Shown piece by piece: positions 1-9,606 of a stretch of 64,000 nucleotides of DNA; positions within the stretch are counted from its first letter, which is position 1, and the number at the start of each line of letters is the position of its first letter. The notes under the pieces were generated by a model, which was not told where the DNA came from, did not search any database, and was given only the letters and a program-made list of their open reading frames with translations. A program made the position numbers and the translations under genes. Source of the stretch: Patescibacteria group bacterium (GTDB lineage Bacteria > Patescibacteriota > Patescibacteriia > UBA1558 > GWA2-36-10); the NCBI GenBank assembly GCA_018819405.1, contig JAHJQF010000001.1:907377-971376 (forward strand). Direction: 5' to 3'.

Positions 1-292
1 AAATGAGCAACCCGTATTCAGGATTTTGATGAGCAAACACTCCATCAACATGAGGTACTAGTTTGATAGCTAGTTTTTGAAAACGCCAAAATTCCCTAAG
101 ACGATTTTTGCCGTTTTCTTTGCCCAGAGAATATACAGACACATTGTCAGGTAGGCCTTCTATATTCCCCTTTTCCAGACAAATCACATCCAGATTTTCT
201 ATATTATTAGCCAATTTTTTGACCCAATTAAAACTAAAACCGGCCAAACCATCGTCTTTATCTACCTTTCTAGTAATCATCAGTAGTCTCAT
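1..292 (-). CDS. glycosyltransferase, N-terminal fragment (gene continues beyond window start)
   Basis: Reverse-strand translation from the ATG at 290-292 reads MRLLMITRKVDKDDGLAGFSFNWVKKLANN..., a typical GT4 N-terminus. The frame stays open to the window edge. It is not in the ORF track because it is partial. Confidence 0.5.
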   Translation of the reverse strand, partial: MRLLMITRKVDKDDGLAGFSFNWVKKLANNIENLDVICLEKGNIEGLPDNVSVYSLGKENGKNRLREFWRFQKLAIKLVPHVDGVFAHQNPEYGLLI

Positions 293-419
293 CCCGTTAG
301 AAATTTATTTTGTTAAACTTTTGTAAAAAATAATACCTATTAGCAAATTATTTTATTATCAACTATATAAATAATCATTTATAATTATAACCTATTGCCC
401 CGTGAATTTCTAACGGGAC

Positions 420-580
420 TCATATTTTTTTACCCCGTTGAATAATATTTAAGCTAAACTTAAATATTAAATTTAAATTATTAAAAAATATATCCAACTT
501 TCTAAATTTTATAAATAATAAATAATATATCAAGTACATATTTTACAGTTATTTAAATTTATTCAACGGGGTAAATCTTA
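420..580. repeat. about 150-bp AT-rich element bounded by 13-bp inverted repeats CCCCGTTGAATAA / TTATTCAACGGGG. Paralog at 25003-25145
   Basis: Direct read. Shared internal TAAGC..CTTAAATATTAAATTTAAATTA..AATTTAAATTTA. Confidence 0.7.
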
Positions 581-1265
581 ATTTAAAAACGTTAATAAAA
601 AATTCTATAGCATCTTTGGCGGACAACTTTGATTTTCCTTTTTCTCTATCCAAAAATACCGAAGGTATTTCTTTTATCCTAAAATTATTTTTTTCAGCAA
701 TATATATCATCTCAATCTGAAAAGCATAACCATTGCTTTTTATTTTTTTGTCTTTCAGAAAATCCAAAAACTTTCTATTGTAACACTTGAATCCAGCAGT
801 GACATCCTTTGTATTTAATGACAATATCAATCTAGAAATTGCCATAGCACCATTACTGGTCAAATGACGCCAAGCGTTCCAACCTACAATCTGGCCACCT
901 TTTATTTTTCTAGAAGCGAGCACTATATCAAAATTTTGACTTTGCTCTACCAACTTTATAATATCTTTTGGATTGTGAGAAAAATCAGCATCCATAGATA
1001 TCACAAAATCATATTTTTTTTCTCTAGCAAACTCAAATGCCTCTTGATAGGCTGAACCAAGACCTAGCTTACCAGGACGTTTTTTTAAAAATAAACTATC
1101 ACTATATTTATTTTGCAAATTTTCTACCAGGCCGGCTGTATTGTCTGGAGAATTATCATCAACTATCAAAATATCCAAAGACAAGGACAAATTTTTGATA
1201 GCTATTATCAAATCAGATATATTTTCTTTTTCATTATAGGTTGGTATAACTACCAAGTATTTCAT
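549..1265 (-). CDS. GT2-family glycosyltransferase (polyprenol/dolichol-phosphate mannosyltransferase-like)
   Basis: Has the VVIPTYNEKENI and DADFSH motifs typical of DPM1-like GT2 enzymes. Length 238 aa. Confidence 0.75.
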   Translation of the reverse strand: MKYLVVIPTYNEKENISDLIIAIKNLSLSLDILIVDDNSPDNTAGLVENLQNKYSDSLFLKKRPGKLGLGSAYQEAFEFAREKKYDFVISMDADFSHNPKDIIKLVEQSQNFDIVLASRKIKGGQIVGWNAWRHLTSNGAMAISRLILSLNTKDVTAGFKCYNRKFLDFLKDKKIKSNGYAFQIEMIYIAEKNNFRIKEIPSVFLDREKGKSKLSAKDAIEFFINVFKLRFTPLNKFK

Positions 1266-2458
1266 AACTGATTATTTACTATTTTAAACCAAAAGTCTTT
1301 TACCTGACCAAATGTCCGACCACGACTATAAGTATCGGCAAACTCCTGTTTGATTTTGATACCAATTAATTTTACCAAATCTTCATTATCCAAGAGGTAT
1401 ACTAATTTAGCAGTAGTATTTTCCAAATCATTTATATCCACCAGCCAGCCATTTTGACCATCTTCTATAATAGCTGAAGGACCTAGTGATCTGGATGCCA
1501 AAGTAGGTGTAGCAGACAAACCTGATTCAATAATCACTTTGCCAAAACTCTCACTAACTGACAAGAGAATAGATAAATAAGCGGCTTGGTAATAAACCAA
1601 TAATTCATTATGCTCTTTGGCTCCCAAAAAAAATACCAAATCCTGCAAATCATTTTGATTAACAAAATTTATTAATTTGTCATGCTCTGTGCCCTCGCCA
1701 ACCAAAAGCAAAACAAAATTATTTCTTTTTTCTTTCAGTTCTTTAATGAGCTCCAAAAGGAAAGTGAGATTTTTTTCTGGCACCAGACGACCGACAAAAA
1801 GTATTATTTTTTTATTGGAATATTTATTTTTTATATCGGATATCTGCTGGTTATCTAGGTCCAATACAAATTTTTCCGTATCAACCGGGGTATTAATCAC
1901 CTGTATTTTACTTTCATTAATACCTGAAAAAACCAGCTTTTCCTTTATTTTTTTGTTTACTACCCTGATAGCATCAGCATTTTTGACTGTTTTTTTCTGC
2001 AAAATATTGAAAATGCGATGTTTAAAAGATAAGGCTAACCAGCGTGGATTGTCCCAAAAATCACCGTGAAAATGAAGCTCAAATTTTATTTTGTATTTCT
2101 TTTTTAAAAACATGCCCAAAAGCCCAGTCAAATGAGGATCCTGAGTGTCAACCAAATCATATTTGTTTTTTTTCATCAAATCTTTGGCCAAAACCCAAGC
2201 TTGATACAAAGACAAAAATTTGTTGCCCACTCCATAGACCTGAAGATTGTCAGATAAAATACTGCCGGAATTATTGGTTTTACCCAAGACAATGATATCC
2301 AGACGTTTGAGGCTCTTGGCATACTCTCGATGACGGCTAATAGAGTCCCCACTACTAGAGCTATTTAAGAGCCCAGTATCAAAACTAATCATTAATATTG
2401 AAATGTCTTTCAAATCTATCACCCCATTAGAAATTATTTTTTGCTCTACTTTTTCCAT
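1262..2458 (-). CDS. glycosyltransferase family 4
   Basis: C-terminal GT4 motif (VGEGTEH... ESFGKVIIESGLSATPTLASR). 398 aa. Confidence 0.75.
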   Translation of the reverse strand: MEKVEQKIISNGVIDLKDISILMISFDTGLLNSSSSGDSISRHREYAKSLKRLDIIVLGKTNNSGSILSDNLQVYGVGNKFLSLYQAWVLAKDLMKKNKYDLVDTQDPHLTGLLGMFLKKKYKIKFELHFHGDFWDNPRWLALSFKHRIFNILQKKTVKNADAIRVVNKKIKEKLVFSGINESKIQVINTPVDTEKFVLDLDNQQISDIKNKYSNKKIILFVGRLVPEKNLTFLLELIKELKEKRNNFVLLLVGEGTEHDKLINFVNQNDLQDLVFFLGAKEHNELLVYYQAAYLSILLSVSESFGKVIIESGLSATPTLASRSLGPSAIIEDGQNGWLVDINDLENTTAKLVYLLDNEDLVKLIGIKIKQEFADTYSRGRTFGQVKDFWFKIVNNQL

Positions 2459-2534
2459 AAAGTGGAATATATAATCATTTATTTATTATTTTGCCAATCT
2501 CCCCTGCTAGAGTGAATTTCTAACGGGGTAAATT

Positions 2535-3647
2535 TTATTTAGCAAAAATAGTTATAGTATCTCTGGCTGCCTGATTATAAGAATAATCATAATTAAGCTC
2601 TGAAATAACTTTTGTATAATCTTGGTAAACTTTTTCATCAAGCAGTTCATCAATGGCCCTAGTCATATCCTGATAACTCAATGGATCAAAAGTTCTAATC
2701 TTATCACGCAACCAAGAAAAACCAATTTCACTGGTACTTAGTATTGGCACATTGAGACTGACTGCTTCAAGCATTGAATTGGGGCTGATATCAGTCAGTG
2801 ACGGCCAGACTAGCAGATAGGCATTGGCAATTCTTTTTTTCAAATCCTGACGAGAAAGTTTTTCTTCCATGTGAATATTATCGGCACCAAGCTCAGCAAT
2901 TAAATTTTGTATATCTTTTTTGAGAGGCCCTTCACCAATGAGTACCAAAGTGTATGAATGATCATGAATATCATGAAAGGCTCTGATAAAATTCAATATA
3001 TTATTTTTGTGAATAAAGCGTCCTGAAAAAATTATTTCTTTACTGACTTGCTCTCTGACAATAGCATCTGATAAGACAATTGGATTTTTGATAATAAAAA
3101 GTTTGTTATCTGCTAATTCATAATATTTTTTAAAAATTTCTTTTTGGAAACTAGTAGTAAAAATAATGCCCGTAGCCTGCCTGAAAATAAATCTTATGAT
3201 TTTGAACCTAAAATTTTCTGCTTGCTTATGAATACCTCGTTTATAAAAATCATGTAAAGTAACCAAGGCACCTGTCATATCCAAATATCTTTCCCAAATA
3301 AAATCACCACCGACCCTAATATAAAATGGCTTTTTATAAATACGGCAAAATAAAGCTGTAGGAATACCGGCACTAAAATGATCAAAACTATATATAATAT
3401 CGGCGTTTTTGGCTATTTTTTGAAGCTTTTGAAAATATCTCCAATAATTAAGCAATTTATTGGCTCGTTTTATCCTAAAAACAGGGTAGCCAAAACCACT
3501 GTCAAAATCATACCTAGCCTTGTCAGAATAAGTAAGTACTTCTACTTTGTGCCCCATTTTTATAAATTCTCTGGCAATATTGGGAGCATAAGTAGCTGGG
3601 CCACCAAGCTCTGGCACAAAAATTCCTGTTGCTATCACTATTTTCAC
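2535..3647 (-). CDS. glycosyltransferase (GT4-like), GTG start
   Basis: N-terminus MKIVIATGIFVPELGGPATYAPN. GT-B fold signature. 370 aa. Confidence 0.65.
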   Translation of the reverse strand: MKIVIATGIFVPELGGPATYAPNIAREFIKMGHKVEVLTYSDKARYDFDSGFGYPVFRIKRANKLLNYWRYFQKLQKIAKNADIIYSFDHFSAGIPTALFCRIYKKPFYIRVGGDFIWERYLDMTGALVTLHDFYKRGIHKQAENFRFKIIRFIFRQATGIIFTTSFQKEIFKKYYELADNKLFIIKNPIVLSDAIVREQVSKEIIFSGRFIHKNNILNFIRAFHDIHDHSYTLVLIGEGPLKKDIQNLIAELGADNIHMEEKLSRQDLKKRIANAYLLVWPSLTDISPNSMLEAVSLNVPILSTSEIGFSWLRDKIRTFDPLSYQDMTRAIDELLDEKVYQDYTKVISELNYDYSYNQAARDTITIFAK

Positions 3648-3678
3648 CCCGTTAGAAATTAATTATTAAATTTATCCT

Positions 3679-3767
3679 TTTGTCATTGCGAGGATCCGCC
3701 AGCTGGCGGAGACGAAGCAATCTACAAGCTTTTAGATTGCCACGCCCTTCGGGCTCGCAATGACAAA
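3679..3767. repeat. 89-bp palindromic element with perfect 14-bp terminal inverted repeats (TTTGTCATTGCGAG / CTCGCAATGACAAA), abutting the GIY-YIG stop codon
   Basis: Terminal inverted repeats (TIRs) read directly. Inner CCGCCAGCTGGCGG hairpin. Conserved core AATCTACAAGCTTTTAGATT, shared with the repeats at 19981-20184. Confidence 0.7.
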
Positions 3768-3769
3768 TA

Positions 3770-4057
3770 TTACAATTTATTATATAAATTAGCCCAATTT
3801 TTATTATATTTTTCTATTAAATCAATCTTTTTCTGTCTTGACCCCGCTTTAATTTGCTTTTCTCTAGATATAGCTTCATAAGCATCTTCATATATTTCAT
3901 AATATACTAATTTATTGATACTATATCGTGATGTAAATGATTTATTATCTAGTTTTTCTTTATGTTGCCATACTCTAACAATTAAATCATTTGTTACTCC
4001 TGTATATAATGTACCCTGTTTATGATTAGCCAAAATATAAACAAAATATTGTCTCAT
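3770..4057 (-). CDS. GIY-YIG nuclease family protein (small, about 95 aa)
   Basis: YFVYILANHKQGTLYTGVTNDLIVRVWQHK = GIY...YIG motif. Confidence 0.8.
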   Translation of the reverse strand: MRQYFVYILANHKQGTLYTGVTNDLIVRVWQHKEKLDNKSFTSRYSINKLVYYEIYEDAYEAISREKQIKAGSRQKKIDLIEKYNKNWANLYNKL

Positions 4058-4083
4058 CGCTTTTCTTCATATTTAATTGTAAA

Positions 4084-5232
4084 TTATTTTCCCAACATTC
4101 TTTGATAAACTCTATCCATCTGACTAGCTACTTTATCCCAAGAATATTTTTCTTTTACTAATTCCTGACCACGCTGGACAATTGATTTGTAAAGCTCTGG
4201 ATTTTTGACATATTTAGATACTGCCTCGGCAATGGAAGCCGGATTTCTGACTTCACAAAATAATCCAGTTTGACCGTCTTGTAAAAAATCAGGAATACCA
4301 CCGACTCTAGTAGCAATGATGGGCGTACCAACTGCCATAGCTTCTACAAAAGAATTACCAAAGCCTTCAGACAATGACGGACGACAAAAAATATCAGCTG
4401 ACTCTACATAAGGCGGTAATTTTTTGTAATCGGTATAGCCCATAAACAAAACATTGTCAGTGACTTTTTTTTCAACAGCCAAATTACGAAGTTTTTGCTC
4501 ATCAGGTCCAGAACCAAAAATAACAAGCTTAGTATTGATACCCATTTTGTAAACCAGAAAATGAACAGCTTTTATCAAATCATCTATTCCATTTTTTAAA
4601 ACCAATCTAGAGGTGGTGACAATCATAGTCTGATCAATCTGCACTCCTAGTTCCTCTCTAATCTTGGCAATACCGTCTTGATCAAGAGTGTTTTTGAAAA
4701 CATTCAAGTCAGCCGCATTTGGCACGAGTAATATTTCACCTTTATTACCCATCCGGCGTGATCTTTCGCCAAGCCACTTGGAAATTACCTGAGTTACTTT
4801 TGGTTCACGATAAATACGTTTGTAATAATAATCCCAAAACCAAGTTCTTTTTCTCAAAAATGCGTCACTGTCTCCGCTCTGCAAGGTAAGTAGATATGGG
4901 ACTTTTGTGTTATACTTAAAAAGTAAAGCTGCCAGACCGGCATAAAAAGCCATCATAGACCAGGCAAAATCAAATTTTATAATTCTATTCAAATTGATAG
5001 CATAAATAGTTGCCCTGAAAGGATAAATATATTTGTCCCATTTTTTACCATTACCAATACGACGGACATTAATATTGCCAATTTTTTCTTCTTTGGACCA
5101 AGTAGCATCAAACTGATTGGTAATCATATAATACTCATAATTTGGCAACCTATCAGTAATTTCTTTAATTGCTACTTCTGCTCCGCCAACATATGGATGG
5201 TAGGCCAGAGAAAAAATAAGAATTTTCTTCAT
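4084..5232 (-). CDS. glycosyltransferase family 4
   Basis: EGFGNSFVEAMAVGTPIIATRVGGIPD motif. Confidence 0.8.
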   Translation of the reverse strand: MKKILIFSLAYHPYVGGAEVAIKEITDRLPNYEYYMITNQFDATWSKEEKIGNINVRRIGNGKKWDKYIYPFRATIYAINLNRIIKFDFAWSMMAFYAGLAALLFKYNTKVPYLLTLQSGDSDAFLRKRTWFWDYYYKRIYREPKVTQVISKWLGERSRRMGNKGEILLVPNAADLNVFKNTLDQDGIAKIREELGVQIDQTMIVTTSRLVLKNGIDDLIKAVHFLVYKMGINTKLVIFGSGPDEQKLRNLAVEKKVTDNVLFMGYTDYKKLPPYVESADIFCRPSLSEGFGNSFVEAMAVGTPIIATRVGGIPDFLQDGQTGLFCEVRNPASIAEAVSKYVKNPELYKSIVQRGQELVKEKYSWDKVASQMDRVYQRMLGK

Positions 5233-5303
5233 AAAACGCTTGCTTTAGACTAATAAATACTATAAAATTATACCAGTATTTACAAAATAAATCAACCAAA
5301 AAA

Positions 5304-6515
5304 ATGACTAAAATTAGCGAAAATGCTAAAAATACACCACATTTAGAAGGCAAAAAAATCCTATATTTGGTCACCCAGACCAAATGGGGCGGTGCCCAAA
5401 AATATGTCCTGCAAATGGCTGGCTATTTCAAAAAGCACAATGAAATACACATTGCCCATGGGAAAAGCTCTACTGATGACCAAAGATTTTTAAATAGTGC
5501 CAAAAAGCTGGACATCAAAACAATAGAACTACCATATCTGGTCAGAAATATAGATTTGAGCAAAGACTATCTAGCAATGATAGACATTTATAAATTACTC
5601 AATAAGGAACAGTACGAAATCATACATCTCAATAGTTCCAAAACCGGACTACTCGGCGCATTAGCTGCCAGACTATACGCTAGCAATCCAATCAACACAA
5701 AAATAAGAGTTGTTTATACTGCCCATGGTTTTGTCTTCAATGAGCCACTTTCCAAAACCAGAAAAAAACTCTACAGATTTTCTGAAAAATTTTCTACTGC
5801 TATCCAAAATGTCATAATTACCGTTTCAGATTATGACAAAGCAAGCGCCATAGAAAACAAAATCACTCCTGACGCTAAGATGATTACTATTCATAATGGA
5901 CTTGATTTTGACAAATACAATTTTTATGAAAAAAAAGAAGCCCTAAAAAAACTGAGCCTGAATCCTGACAAAAAATATTTTGGTACTATTGCCAGTTTTT
6001 ATCCGACCAAAGGCTATCAATATCTGATAGAGGCTATCAAAATGCTACTGGCCAAAGATTCACCTATTATAAAAAATTATAACTGGGCACTAATTGGTGA
6101 CGGACCAGAAATGGAAAATATAAAAAAATTGGCCAAAGACCAGGGTGTAGAAAATTATATAAAATTTTTGGGACAAATTGATAATGCCTATAAATATCTT
6201 CCTGCTTTTGATATTTTTGTTCTGCCATCAGTCAAAGAGGGTCTGCCATTTACAATTTTGGAAGCTGGATTGGCCCAAGTACCTACTATCGCTAGCCGAG
6301 TAGGTGGAATATCTGAAATAATTACTGATCAAAAAACAGGTCTGCTTGTCAGCCCAGCCGATCCCCTATCACTGGTTGAGTCCATGGAAAAAATGTCATC
6401 TGACAATGAATTGGCCAATAACATAGCTCATCAAAATTATCAGAATATAAAAAACAATTTTAACCTTACAAATACTCTGGAAAAAACAGAAAAAATATAC
6501 TTAGGATTGTTCTAA
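5304..6515 (+). CDS. glycosyltransferase family 4
   Basis: KEGLPFTILEAGLAQVPTIASRVGGISEII motif. Only plus-strand gene in this cluster. Confidence 0.8.
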   Translation: MTKISENAKNTPHLEGKKILYLVTQTKWGGAQKYVLQMAGYFKKHNEIHIAHGKSSTDDQRFLNSAKKLDIKTIELPYLVRNIDLSKDYLAMIDIYKLLNKEQYEIIHLNSSKTGLLGALAARLYASNPINTKIRVVYTAHGFVFNEPLSKTRKKLYRFSEKFSTAIQNVIITVSDYDKASAIENKITPDAKMITIHNGLDFDKYNFYEKKEALKKLSLNPDKKYFGTIASFYPTKGYQYLIEAIKMLLAKDSPIIKNYNWALIGDGPEMENIKKLAKDQGVENYIKFLGQIDNAYKYLPAFDIFVLPSVKEGLPFTILEAGLAQVPTIASRVGGISEIITDQKTGLLVSPADPLSLVESMEKMSSDNELANNIAHQNYQNIKNNFNLTNTLEKTEKIYLGLF

Positions 6516-6575
6516 TTTGACAAGTAAATAAGCTATGACTTATAATGAATTAACCTAAATAATTAACAAAAAACT

Positions 6576-7025
6576 ATGAAGAAGAAAAGTGAGATTACTA
6601 ATCAACAGATACTAAAGGCCATACAAGTATTGGATAAAAAGGTCAACAAAAATAGCGCAAATCTTGATAAATTAGCTGGTGCTATTAATATTTTTGCCGA
6701 CGACAACGAAGGACGTTTCAATGGCATTGACCAGCGTTTTGAGAAAATAGACCAACGTTTTGAGAAAATAGACCAGCGTTTTGAGAAAATAGACCAACGT
6801 TTTGAGAAAATAGACCAACGGCTCAATAAAATTGAAACAACAATGGTCAGCAAAGAATATTTGGACGAAAAACTACTTGATCTAAAAGGCGATCTAATAG
6901 TCACCATCCGAAAAGAAGATAAAAAATTGGGTACTTTAGTAAAAATTTTGGAAAATAAAAAGGTAATATCAAAAAAAGAAACTCAAACTATTATGTCACT
7001 AGAGCCTTTTCCCAACAATACTTAA
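6576..7025 (+). CDS. coiled-coil repeat protein (5x FEKIDQR heptad)
   Basis: The 21-bp tandem DNA repeat GACCAGCGTTTTGAGAAAATA at 6729-6833 encodes IDQRFEK x5. Confidence 0.5.
   Translation: MKKKSEITNQQILKAIQVLDKKVNKNSANLDKLAGAINIFADDNEGRFNGIDQRFEKIDQRFEKIDQRFEKIDQRFEKIDQRLNKIETTMVSKEYLDEKLLDLKGDLIVTIRKEDKKLGTLVKILENKKVISKKETQTIMSLEPFPNNT
6729..6833 (+). repeat. 5 tandem copies of a 21-bp repeat inside the CDS
   Basis: Direct reading: gaccagcgttttgagaaaata / gaccaacgttttgagaaaata ... Confidence 0.9.
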
Positions 7026-7026
7026 A

Positions 7027-9489
7027 CTATTTTAAATATAATTTTTTAATCTCCTCTGCATACAGCGGATCCAATACGCGAAGTCTGCCCAAATACTGGG
7101 CAGATTTTTCTTCTTGGCCAAGCTGATGATAATAGAGGGCTAGCTTGGCCAAAAAATTACTCTGAGCTGGATACTTTATCAAAGACTCTTCCAATAAATC
7201 TATACCCTCATCTAAATAAGCAAAGGAAACATAGACATCAGCCAATTGACCCAAGTGAGCAGATACCTTTATATCAGCGTCTAAGGGCGTGTTTTTTAAT
7301 ACCTGTGTATAAAACTGAGCTAGATTTTCTTCCATTTGAGCTACCAACTGACTAGCCGCCTCCAAATCCCCTGCATACAAATAAGCTACAAGTAAATGAA
7401 AGTATGACTCAAATATATATGGCGACATATCTCTAGCTCTCTCAAATTGAGCTACAGCCTCAGGATAATTACCAACCCCTATATAGGAATTACCCAGAGC
7501 ATAATATAATCTAGTTCTGCTTGGGCTATATGGTAATACTTTGTTTATAAAATCTATATTTTTCTGATTATACAAAGGATTGATTTCATAACCTGCCTTT
7601 AGATACAGATTTATCAAAAAACTATCAGAACGCACACTGGCCGGCTGGCTCTGCCAATTTAATAGCAATTGCTCTTCGGCTAAATTCAGTGCCTTTTGTC
7701 TGTCATTAATATAGATATTATCTTTAGACAAAAGATTTTCCACATATTCCCCATAAAGCTGTCTACCTTCAAACTTCCCAAGATAATACTTATTTATATG
7801 CTCTATAAAATCCAAATGATTTTGATAGGAAAATGAAAAAACGTCTTGATAACGCATTTTACTAAAAACTGTAAAAAAATTACGATTGGCCATAGCTCTT
7901 GGCACAGTCAGATAAACACCGAGTGAAATCACCAAAATAAAAACCAATATAGCGGGCAAATATGGTCGCCTCTTGGGAAATTGCAAATCAAAATTTATTT
8001 TATTTTCTTTGTGGCTAATAAAAATAATAATTGCCAAAAATAATACCAATGGTATATAACTGTTTAGGCTGTCAAACACAAAAAAGTTTTGTACCAAATA
8101 AGCAATAATCAAAGAACTAAAAAGCAAAAAAGTTTGAATATCATTGGTTTTTTTGTAATAAAGATATAAAGATTTAAAAGCAAAAATAAAAATAGACAAA
8201 TATGCCAGTAGGCCAAGCAAACCTCCGCTTATAGCGTATTGAATAAATATATTATGAGGCCTATCAAACCAAACTCTGGAATCAGACTCTCTAAGTATTT
8301 CTGTAGGAAAATATTTATTAAAAACTTTGTAATAATTTTCTTCCCCCCAACCCAAAACAGGCTTTTCAACTAGGCCATGCAGAGATGCACTCCAAGTCAA
8401 AATACGAGATTGGGTTGTTGTATCATTGATAGATATACTGGCAATTCTTCCTAAAGTAGGAGTTTGCTGTATATATTTGCTATCCCGTGACACAAAAAAT
8501 ACAGTGGTCATCACCAGCAACAACAATAAAGATAAGGCTGATATTCTTTTATATTGCGTGGAAACTTTTTTTGATAAAAGTAAAAAAAATAAAACAAACA
8601 AAACAGCCAACCCCAACCCCACTATCACTCCTCTGGTTTGACTATAAAATATGGCCAGAAAATTTAAAAAAGCTATTACCAGAAAATAATATTTACTACT
8701 TATTTTTTTTATTTTTTTATCCTGATAATAACAATTTATATTCAGAAATATCTGAGGTATTATAAAAAACATAGCCATCATAAAATTTTTCAAAAAGGAA
8801 AAAATATTACTATCCGATCCAACGATATTGCTAAAAAGAGAAAATATCAACAATATATCTAAAATATAAAAACTGACCAACTCAAAACGCAAAATACTCA
8901 ACCTCTCTTTTAGAAAAAAATACAGGGCAAAGAAAAAATGAAATAAAGCATAAGTAGCTAGATATGCAGGATTACCAAAAAAAGCTGATACTCTACCAGA
9001 CTCTTGAGCAAAGAAAAAACCAAAATTAAAAAATTGACCAAGGGCTACAAAAGAAACCAAAAATGAGACAAAGACTGTAGTCCGAAGCAAAAGCAACCAG
9101 CCTTTTTTGCGATAATATAAGCCCAAAATCACAACAAAAAACGCCAAAAGATGATAAAGAGTAACCAGACCATCCATCCTTTCATAATTACTCCAAAAAC
9201 TAAAAAGAAAATCCCTATTTATTAGACTGGAAACTGTCAAAATAAATGCCAAGACTAAATAAGCTACTAAGATATTACTTTTAAGTGGTTTATATTTTTT
9301 TGGTTGGCGTATAAAAAGAAAAAGATAAAGACCGAGAATAACTGTAACCATTATTCTAAACAAAAAATTGCGTGGTCCAATAAAAGGAAAATAAAAATCA
9401 CTACTTATAAACAAAGGCAAAAAGAAAATAATCGGCATTAGTAATTTAATAACCTTTTCAATCATATTATCCAAATTTTTTACTAACAT
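7027..9489 (-). CDS. O-antigen ligase/Wzy-like polytopic membrane protein with C-terminal TPR repeats
   Basis: 820 aa. Many TM helices. Wzy_C-like loop (SQTRGVIVG). C-terminal TPR-like YY..A...G repeats. Confidence 0.6.
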   Translation of the reverse strand: MLVKNLDNMIEKVIKLLMPIIFFLPLFISSDFYFPFIGPRNFLFRIMVTVILGLYLFLFIRQPKKYKPLKSNILVAYLVLAFILTVSSLINRDFLFSFWSNYERMDGLVTLYHLLAFFVVILGLYYRKKGWLLLLRTTVFVSFLVSFVALGQFFNFGFFFAQESGRVSAFFGNPAYLATYALFHFFFALYFFLKERLSILRFELVSFYILDILLIFSLFSNIVGSDSNIFSFLKNFMMAMFFIIPQIFLNINCYYQDKKIKKISSKYYFLVIAFLNFLAIFYSQTRGVIVGLGLAVLFVLFFLLLSKKVSTQYKRISALSLLLLLVMTTVFFVSRDSKYIQQTPTLGRIASISINDTTTQSRILTWSASLHGLVEKPVLGWGEENYYKVFNKYFPTEILRESDSRVWFDRPHNIFIQYAISGGLLGLLAYLSIFIFAFKSLYLYYKKTNDIQTFLLFSSLIIAYLVQNFFVFDSLNSYIPLVLFLAIIIFISHKENKINFDLQFPKRRPYLPAILVFILVISLGVYLTVPRAMANRNFFTVFSKMRYQDVFSFSYQNHLDFIEHINKYYLGKFEGRQLYGEYVENLLSKDNIYINDRQKALNLAEEQLLLNWQSQPASVRSDSFLINLYLKAGYEINPLYNQKNIDFINKVLPYSPSRTRLYYALGNSYIGVGNYPEAVAQFERARDMSPYIFESYFHLLVAYLYAGDLEAASQLVAQMEENLAQFYTQVLKNTPLDADIKVSAHLGQLADVYVSFAYLDEGIDLLEESLIKYPAQSNFLAKLALYYHQLGQEEKSAQYLGRLRVLDPLYAEEIKKLYLK

Positions 9490-9606
9490 AATTCTATAAA
9501 TTATTCATTAGCCCACTCCTTAGATCTTCCTCTATTTTTATCAAACCCATTAAACATGTTTCTATGTTTTATAGATAATTTTATCTAATAAAGATATGAT
9601 ATAGTA

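Noticed and set aside
108-326. Plus-strand 72-aa ORF at the window start
   Set aside because: It lies antisense to a well-supported partial glycosyltransferase gene (minus strand, MRLLMITRKVDKDD...). It has no RBS and non-protein-like composition.
6602-6907. Minus-strand 101-aa ORF with SIFSKRW repeats
   Set aside because: It is the antisense reading of the 21-bp tandem repeat inside the FEKIDQR-repeat gene, so it is an artefact of the repeat.
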